In this document: piece by piece, positions 57,915-64,000 of the stretch | Position numbering within the stretch: position 1 is the first letter of the stretch | How the letters are laid out: each line of letters opens with the position of its first letter | Assembly: GCA_035387885.1 (NCBI GenBank) | Contig: DAOOOW010000002.1 | Span: forward strand, 7,869-71,868 | Length of the DNA stretch: 64,000 nt | Origin: a bacterium | GTDB lineage: Bacteria > Patescibacteriota > Patescibacteriia > UBA2196 | Direction: 5' to 3' | Notes under the pieces: model-generated | Seen by the model: only the letters and a program-made list of their open reading frames with translations | What the model was told of the DNA's origin: nothing | Databases searched by the model: none | Program-made: the position numbers and the translations under genes

Positions 57915-58967
57915 ATGGAAAAAAAATCACCAACATTATCAGTGTGCATCGTAACCTGGAATTCTATGAAATTCATCCAAGATTGTTTGGAATCTATTTT
58001 ACGTCAGCGAGTTTTTTTAGATAACACGCAAGTTGATTGGACTATTAATATTGTGGACAATGGTTCTGAAGATGGCACAGTAGAATTTATTAAAAAAAAT
58101 TATGCGCAAATTAAAATTTTAAAAAATGTTAATAATTTGGGCTTTTGTCGGGCCTATAATCAGGCCATAAAAATGCACAATTCAGATTGGGTTTTACTTC
58201 TAAATGTGGATACAATTTTAGAACAAAATTTTTTTGAAGAGATGTTTAAAGTTATTTTGACCACCGAAGAGAGAATTGGAGCTTTGGGCCCAAAAGTTTT
58301 AAGATCGGAGACTGTCATTGAAGATGGCTTGCCAAAAGTTTTAAAAAGTAATAGACTAGATTCTTGCGGTTTAGAAATTAAAAAATCCAGATTAGTTAGA
58401 AATATTGGTGAGGGTGAGGAAGATAGTGGACAATATGATGATCATGGTGAGTTTTTTGGATTTTCTGGCACAGCTATTTTTTTAAAAAGGGAAGCGTTAG
58501 AAGATGTAAAAATAGGAGAGGAAATTTTGGACGAAGATTTTTTTGCCTATCAAGACGATTTTGATCTTTTTTACAGATTAAGAAATTATGGCTGGCACAA
58601 TTTATTTGTATCTCAAGCCAAAGTTTATCATTTTCGTTCGGCCAAGATGAACATCTTAAAACCTTGGCAATTTTGGCAAATAATTAGAGCCCGTCGTTCT
58701 AAATCTTTATTAATTAATTATCACTCTTATAAGAATCATCTTTGGGCGCTTATTAAAAATGAAACTTGGCTGAATTTTTTATATCACTCACCATATATTT
58801 TTTGGTTAGAATTTAAAAAGTTTATCTTTATTTTATTTTTTGAGCAAAAAACTTTAAAATCTATAAAAATATTTTTTAAATTATTGCCCAAGATGTTATT
58901 TAAAAGAAAAATTATTATGTCTAGAAAAAAAGTAAATCCGCAAGAACTAAGAAAATGGTTTAAATAA
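57915..58967 (+). CDS. GT2 glycosyltransferase
   Basis: IVTWNS, VDNGSED, LLNVD, FFAYQDD.DL. Confidence 0.92.
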   Translation: MEKKSPTLSVCIVTWNSMKFIQDCLESILRQRVFLDNTQVDWTINIVDNGSEDGTVEFIKKNYAQIKILKNVNNLGFCRAYNQAIKMHNSDWVLLLNVDTILEQNFFEEMFKVILTTEERIGALGPKVLRSETVIEDGLPKVLKSNRLDSCGLEIKKSRLVRNIGEGEEDSGQYDDHGEFFGFSGTAIFLKREALEDVKIGEEILDEDFFAYQDDFDLFYRLRNYGWHNLFVSQAKVYHFRSAKMNILKPWQFWQIIRARRSKSLLINYHSYKNHLWALIKNETWLNFLYHSPYIFWLEFKKFIFILFFEQKTLKSIKIFFKLLPKMLFKRKIIMSRKKVNPQELRKWFK

Positions 58968-58971
58968 TTTT

Positions 58972-59769
58972 ATGAAATTATCCATTGTGATTTTAAATTA
59001 TAAGACAAAAAATTTGGTTCGAGAATGTTTAACCAACATTCTGGCTTTAAATTTAAAATTAACCCATGAAATTATAGTCGTGGATAATAATTCCCAAGAT
59101 GGCCTGGAAAAAATGATCAGCGAAGAATTTTCAGAAGTTAAATTTTTTCAAACCGGGGAAAATAAGGGTTGTGGCGCTGGCAATAATTGGGGAGTTAAAA
59201 AAGCTTGGGGTGAGTATGTTTTAATTATCAATCCTGATGTTGTTGTTTTGTCAAATTCTATTGAAAAGTTGGTTAATTTTTTAGATAATAATCAGAAGGT
59301 TGGTCTAATCGCCCCGAAATTACTTTATCCCAACAGAGAAGATCAACCTTCAAGATATCGTTTTCCTAAATTTTATATGCCGGTTTTTATTCGCACCGAA
59401 CTTGGTCTTTTGAAAAAAGGTAAAGAAAAAATAGGGAATTATTTTATGGAAGATGTTAAAAATAATACCCCCCAAGCTGTTGATTGGGTTAGGGGGGCCA
59501 GTTTTTTGATGCGTCGTGATTTGTGGCAAAAAATTAATGGTTTTGATGAAAGATATTTTATTTATTTAGAGGACACAGATCTTTGCCGGCGTGTTTGGTT
59601 GGCTGGTTTTGAGGTTTGGTATTTGCCAGAAGCTGAAATGATTCATTATTATTTTCACGAATCTGGTAGTGGAACCTGGAGACGTGATATTTTAAACAGA
59701 TTAACTTGGGTGCACATTGTTTCTTGGTTTAAATATTTTTGGAAATGGCGAGAAATAACTACGAATTAA
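58972..59769 (+). CDS. GT2 glycosyltransferase
   Basis: VVDNNSQD, INPD, FDERYFIYLEDTD. Confidence 0.93.
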   Translation: MKLSIVILNYKTKNLVRECLTNILALNLKLTHEIIVVDNNSQDGLEKMISEEFSEVKFFQTGENKGCGAGNNWGVKKAWGEYVLIINPDVVVLSNSIEKLVNFLDNNQKVGLIAPKLLYPNREDQPSRYRFPKFYMPVFIRTELGLLKKGKEKIGNYFMEDVKNNTPQAVDWVRGASFLMRRDLWQKINGFDERYFIYLEDTDLCRRVWLAGFEVWYLPEAEMIHYYFHESGSGTWRRDILNRLTWVHIVSWFKYFWKWREITTN

Positions 59770-59863
59770 TAGCGCCTGTCTGCCGATTAGGCAGAAATAA
59801 CACGTTAATTTTTGCGAATAAAAAAACGACACCCCGGGGTGTCGTTTTTAAAATTGATTTATT

Positions 59864-60928
59864 TTATTTTAGCAACACTTCTCTTGCTCCTGGTACAATT
59901 TCTAGCCAAATATTACCAGGCTGAAATTTTATTTCTTGACCATCAAAATCGTAAAAAATTGTTCGCTCTTGCGAACTACTTTTTTGCCAATTGCCACGCA
60001 TGAGTTTACCATTAATAAAAATCCAAGCCCGACCTTGGCCAGTATTGGTAACGCTTAAACGATCAGCTGCGTCCAAATGAATTTCTTCTGGAATAAATTG
60101 GATAATTAAATTTTTAACGCTAATTTGTTCTTGGTTATTGGCATCAATTTGCGGGCTTTCATTTTGGAATCTTAAATATTTTTCCGTTGAGGTATTGTAC
60201 GTATATTTGATGTCAAACAAACTACCAGCCGAATAATCAATATTTATTTCGTTTATTGTTTCCACGAATTTTGTTTCGGCTGGATCAAATTGCCAGACTT
60301 GATAAGTTGGCGTGCTAGTAGCTAGATTAAAATATATTTGGGCGGACTTTATTTTTTCACTATCAGTAAAAAGATTATGAGGAGCTGTGTGATTATTATC
60401 ACGATAAAAAAATAAAGTGCCCAAATAACTGATTTCGTTTAAATCTAAAAGAGCTAAAGTATTGATTTTTTCTAAAGCTTCAACCGAACCACCACTGTGG
60501 CCATAAAGAGCATTAATTTCTTTAACCCAATCAAGATAATATGGTCTGGCGCTTCTTATTGGTCCAATTTTTTTAATTTCATCATTATTAGCAAAAACAG
60601 CCATCATTCTAGTTGTGCCTCCTTCTACAAGACAATTATAAACCACTTGAGCTTGGCTAAGACCTGCTTGTGGCCAGGCGTCAGGGTGGTTGTCAATCAT
60701 GAGAGCCACCGGCCAAATTTCTTTTTCTTCTTGAGTGGTGACGCAAACGCCATCTAATTTTCTGTGGAATTGGCAATTTGATTTTATGTTTTTTATTACT
60801 AATGAATTTGTTATGGGAGCTTTTTTATTTATTAGAATATAACCGCTAATCGCCAATAACAAAATAGCCATTAGAGCAATAATGGCCAAAATTATCTTTT
60901 TCTTAAATATTTTTTTTAAAATATTCAT
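59864..60928 (-). CDS. DUF3048 domain protein
   Basis: MIDNH, PQAGL, EGG.TR, GPIRSARPY, HSGGS, APHN. Confidence 0.9.
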   Translation of the reverse strand: MNILKKIFKKKIILAIIALMAILLLAISGYILINKKAPITNSLVIKNIKSNCQFHRKLDGVCVTTQEEKEIWPVALMIDNHPDAWPQAGLSQAQVVYNCLVEGGTTRMMAVFANNDEIKKIGPIRSARPYYLDWVKEINALYGHSGGSVEALEKINTLALLDLNEISYLGTLFFYRDNNHTAPHNLFTDSEKIKSAQIYFNLATSTPTYQVWQFDPAETKFVETINEINIDYSAGSLFDIKYTYNTSTEKYLRFQNESPQIDANNQEQISVKNLIIQFIPEEIHLDAADRLSVTNTGQGRAWIFINGKLMRGNWQKSSSQERTIFYDFDGQEIKFQPGNIWLEIVPGAREVLLK

Positions 60929-60930
60929 TA

Positions 60931-61446
60931 TTATTCAAAAATTTGTAGAGTATAACCATTGCTGGCTGTCTCAGTAAAATTTTTTTCTGGACAAGACCCA
61001 GAACCATGATCTTTGACATTAAGTTCAAAGTTTTTTATTTGCAAAATAGCAAAAGGTCTTTCACAGCCATATGATCCAGCTGGAAATTTTTGATAAAGAT
61101 AATAATAATTTCCTTGATTAAGAGGGTCTTTATTTTTTTTATCAATAATTTTTTCTTGTCGTAGAATGTTTATAAATTCTTCGGTAGAATGTTCGTGGGG
61201 TTCTAAGGAACTATCCCAACCGTCAAAATCATAATCAGTAGATTCTGGCAATGTGTTAAATTTATTTTGGTAGACGTGTAAAGCTGTTTCTAATTGTTTA
61301 ATGTCTATTTTTCTTTTAATATCTCTAACTTTAGAAAATATTCCATCTATATAATTAATACATATAATTGTTAAAATTAAGACCAAAAACCAAGCAAAAA
61401 TTTTGCCGGCTTTATTATCAGAAATTTGTCGACGAGTCAAATCCAT
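60931..61446 (-). CDS. pilin/T2SS-G-like protein
   Basis: TM followed by RD.KR..D...L..AL..Y, DP..YYY. Confidence 0.6.
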   Translation of the reverse strand: MDLTRRQISDNKAGKIFAWFLVLILTIICINYIDGIFSKVRDIKRKIDIKQLETALHVYQNKFNTLPESTDYDFDGWDSSLEPHEHSTEEFINILRQEKIIDKKNKDPLNQGNYYYLYQKFPAGSYGCERPFAILQIKNFELNVKDHGSGSCPEKNFTETASNGYTLQIFE

Positions 61447-61535
61447 TTTTTATAATACAAAATTGCAAAATTTAATGGAAGGGTAGAATTAAAATATTGT
61501 TCCATGCGTCCTCGCATTTTGTATTTTTTGTTGTC

Positions 61536-62207
61536 TTATTTTTTGTTATCTTTTACTTCTTCGGTTTTACTTTCCGCTGTTGCTTTAGGTGTATTAGTTG
61601 TCTCTCCCGTGGTTACAGTTTCCGGTACCAGGGCAACTTCTTTTTTGGGTTCTTCGGCTAACACAATTACTGTTTCTAGATCTGTTAACAAGGTTAAAGA
61701 TGAGGGCATAATTAAGTCTTTAGCCCGAATAATTGAGCCGATTCCTTTTAAAAGACTTAAATCAATATCAAAATGCGAAATTAAATCTCCTGGCAAACAT
61801 TCCACTTCAATCGTATCTAGTGTCTTTACTAAGACCCCGCCAAAATCTTTAACCGCGGGTGATTCATTAATAAAATTAAGTTCAATAGCAGTTTTAATTT
61901 TTTCTTTCATGTTAACCTGATAAAAATCTAAATGATTAATAGTACCCTTAAGAGGATCATGAGCAATATCTTGAATTAAAACTTTAATAGGGGCGTCTTG
62001 ATCGACCACCAAATCAACCAGCTCTGATTCACTGATTTTATTAAGTAATTTTTGTAATTCAATTTCATCGATGGCTAAATTAAGATTGGCAATTTTATGG
62101 CCATAGAGAACAGCTGGAATTAAACCATTATCTCTCAAGTTTTGTAATTTATTACCGATAATTTTTCTCTTTTGAGCCTTTAGTGTAAAAGTTTGTTGCT
62201 GAGTCAT
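61536..62207 (-). CDS. rplY: 50S ribosomal protein L25/Ctc
   Basis: LR..GLIPAVLYG, HLDFY, GG.L, CLP. Confidence 0.95.
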   Translation of the reverse strand: MTQQQTFTLKAQKRKIIGNKLQNLRDNGLIPAVLYGHKIANLNLAIDEIELQKLLNKISESELVDLVVDQDAPIKVLIQDIAHDPLKGTINHLDFYQVNMKEKIKTAIELNFINESPAVKDFGGVLVKTLDTIEVECLPGDLISHFDIDLSLLKGIGSIIRAKDLIMPSSLTLLTDLETVIVLAEEPKKEVALVPETVTTGETTNTPKATAESKTEEVKDNKK

Positions 62208-62376
62208 AAGTTTAAATTATTTTTTAGACTATTTAAATAGTAGTCTATTGCTTTAAAAAAGTCAAATTTAAGATAAAAAAATTTATTTACAAAATAGCAA
62301 GGGAGTGCTATATTTTTGGTGTCAGATGGTGTTCTACAAAAAATAAAACAATTACAATTAAAAATAGGGGGTAGTT

Positions 62377-63300
62377 ATGAAAAGATTTTCTTGGCTAGTG
62401 TTAGTTCTTGGTTGTTTAAATTTTAATTGTTCTTGGTTGGAATTTTTTAAACAAACAACAGATAAGGCGGTGATTATCGTTGAAGAAAGTGATTTTGTTC
62501 AAGACAAGAGTAGTCGGCTGGTTTTAATTGGTAATAAATACAAGTTTTTGGAACTTGATTTGAAGATAGAACGCGGAGCACTAGTGTCTGGTTTTGATTT
62601 TATAATAAAAGGCACTGGAGCTGAAGCCGTAGAGTTTGTAACAGTTGGTGGTCAAGTTATTTATCCTCGAAATAATATGGTAGAGTTCAAAAAATTAAAT
62701 ATTAAATCAGGCAAAATTATTTTTTTTATCACCTTTAAACAAGAACCATTATTCTCGGGCACAAATCTCAGATTTTGTTTACAAACGGTATATAAAAAAA
62801 ACACCGCTGGTAAATTAAAAAAATATAATTCTAATATAACTAGCCAGACAATGATTCTGGTAAATGGTTTTCCGCTTATTGAATCAGAAAAAAATTTTTC
62901 TAAAATTGATGCCGGTAAACTGAAAACAGACGAGTTGGTTGTCGGAGTTAATGAAAAAGGTGGGGAGATATATTTAAAAGAAATAATTTGGGCATGTAAA
63001 GTTACGGGAGCCGAGTTGCTTGATGTTTTTTTATCAGATGGTTTTTCTAAGATTAGAGATGAGCGTTATCATAAAAATCAAGCCTCGGCAGATACTTTTA
63101 GATTTAATTTTAATCTGGCACAAAGACAAATGGTTATTTGGCCAAGACAAGTTAAAAAATTTTATTTAGAAATTAAAATTGATTGGTATAATAAAGTTGA
63201 AATAAAAACCCAACCAGTGGAATTGATTTGGAGTGATGGCAGAAAAGAATTTAGTCAAAAAAATTTGGCTAAAGAGCAAATTATTATTTTTAATTGGTGA
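62377..63300 (+). CDS. hypothetical secreted/lipoprotein-like protein
   Basis: Signal-like N-terminus, beta-rich; GGGGGT SD. Confidence 0.6.
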   Translation: MKRFSWLVLVLGCLNFNCSWLEFFKQTTDKAVIIVEESDFVQDKSSRLVLIGNKYKFLELDLKIERGALVSGFDFIIKGTGAEAVEFVTVGGQVIYPRNNMVEFKKLNIKSGKIIFFITFKQEPLFSGTNLRFCLQTVYKKNTAGKLKKYNSNITSQTMILVNGFPLIESEKNFSKIDAGKLKTDELVVGVNEKGGEIYLKEIIWACKVTGAELLDVFLSDGFSKIRDERYHKNQASADTFRFNFNLAQRQMVIWPRQVKKFYLEIKIDWYNKVEIKTQPVELIWSDGRKEFSQKNLAKEQIIIFNW

Positions 63301-63344
63301 TTTCTTAAGCAGTGGTTGTCTAAAACAGCCACTGCTTTTTTTGA

Positions 63345-64000
63345 TTATAATTCTAGGTTTTTTTGTTTTATAAGTTTTTGAAGATGGTTTAGAAAATCTG
63401 TTTTGGAAAATTCTTGAGCCTCTTTTTGGCCACGTTTTCTAATTTGTAATTTGTCTGAAGCCATTTCTTTGTCGCCAATAACCAACATGTAGGGAATTTT
63501 TTCTGCCACAGCTTTGCGAATTTTATTGCCCACAGTTTCATTTTCATCCCAGACTTCCACTCGCATTTCTTCAGCCTTAAATTCTTCAGCCAATTTTCTA
63601 CAATGTTCAATATGTTTTTCACCCACAGAAATTATAACCATTTGGGTAGGCGAGAGCCACAAAGGAAACGCCCCAGCGTAATGTTCAATCAAGACTCCTA
63701 GAAATCTTTCAAATGAACCAAAAAGAGCTCGGTGCAACATATAGGGTTGTTCGTCTTCACCTTGGTTATTAGTAAAAGTCATAGCAAATCTTTCTGGTAA
63801 ATTAAAATCAAATTGTAAAGTAGAACATTGCCATTCGCGACCCAAAGCGTCTTTGACTTTAAAATCCAATTTTGGTCCGTAGAAAACCGCTCCACCAATA
63901 TCTTTTTGGTAATTTAATTTTTTTTCTTGAGCCACGCGTTCTAAGACATTTTCGGTAAATTTCCATCCTTCGTCATTACCAGCGTATTTGCTGTTTTGTG
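63345..64000 (-). CDS. thrS: threonine--tRNA ligase (C-terminal part)
   Basis: FYGPKLDF, WQCST.Q.DFNLPERF, HRALFGSFERF, FPLWLSP. Confidence 0.97.
   Translation of the reverse strand, partial: QNSKYAGNDEGWKFTENVLERVAQEKKLNYQKDIGGAVFYGPKLDFKVKDALGREWQCSTLQFDFNLPERFAMTFTNNQGEDEQPYMLHRALFGSFERFLGVLIEHYAGAFPLWLSPTQMVIISVGEKHIEHCRKLAEEFKAEEMRVEVWDENETVGNKIRKAVAEKIPYMLVIGDKEMASDKLQIRKRGQKEAQEFSKTDFLNHLQKLIKQKNLEL

Overview
AT-rich bacterial chromosome segment. The gene content (alpha2-type GlyRS, RNase Y-YmdB-HU, DUF3048, few biosynthetic genes, mostly SD-less starts) suggests Patescibacteria/CPR; this is an inference. It is mainly housekeeping: glyQS, metG, pheS/pheT, thrS, gatCA, gyrB, secE-nusG-rplK-rplA, rplS, rpsT, rplY, murG, mraY, prs, dut, glycosyltransferases and 8 intact tRNAs. 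The unusual signal lies below the gene level. (1) Russian-doll tRNA loci: an intact tRNA-Ile(UAU) and an intact tRNA-Asp each sit at the tip of a long imperfect stem, flanked by 5' and 3' pieces of a second copy of the same tRNA. (2) A 30-nt GTT-N10-CCAA-N10'-AAC hairpin occupies the same position in the Ala and Asp tRNA copies. (3) At least eight families of short palindromic or heptameric repeats are inserted, often nested, in-frame into essential genes. (4) The left arm of one family sits directly upstream of accessory genes that interrupt conserved operons, and one gene is enclosed by both arms, which suggests repeat-mediated gene capture. No transposase or integrase is present in the window. 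Also found: a 58-aa bacterial histone missed by the ORF track, an AmgK-RapZ-C/MurU recycling pair, a candidate sRNA and three point-inactivated genes. All calls were made by eye without database searches.
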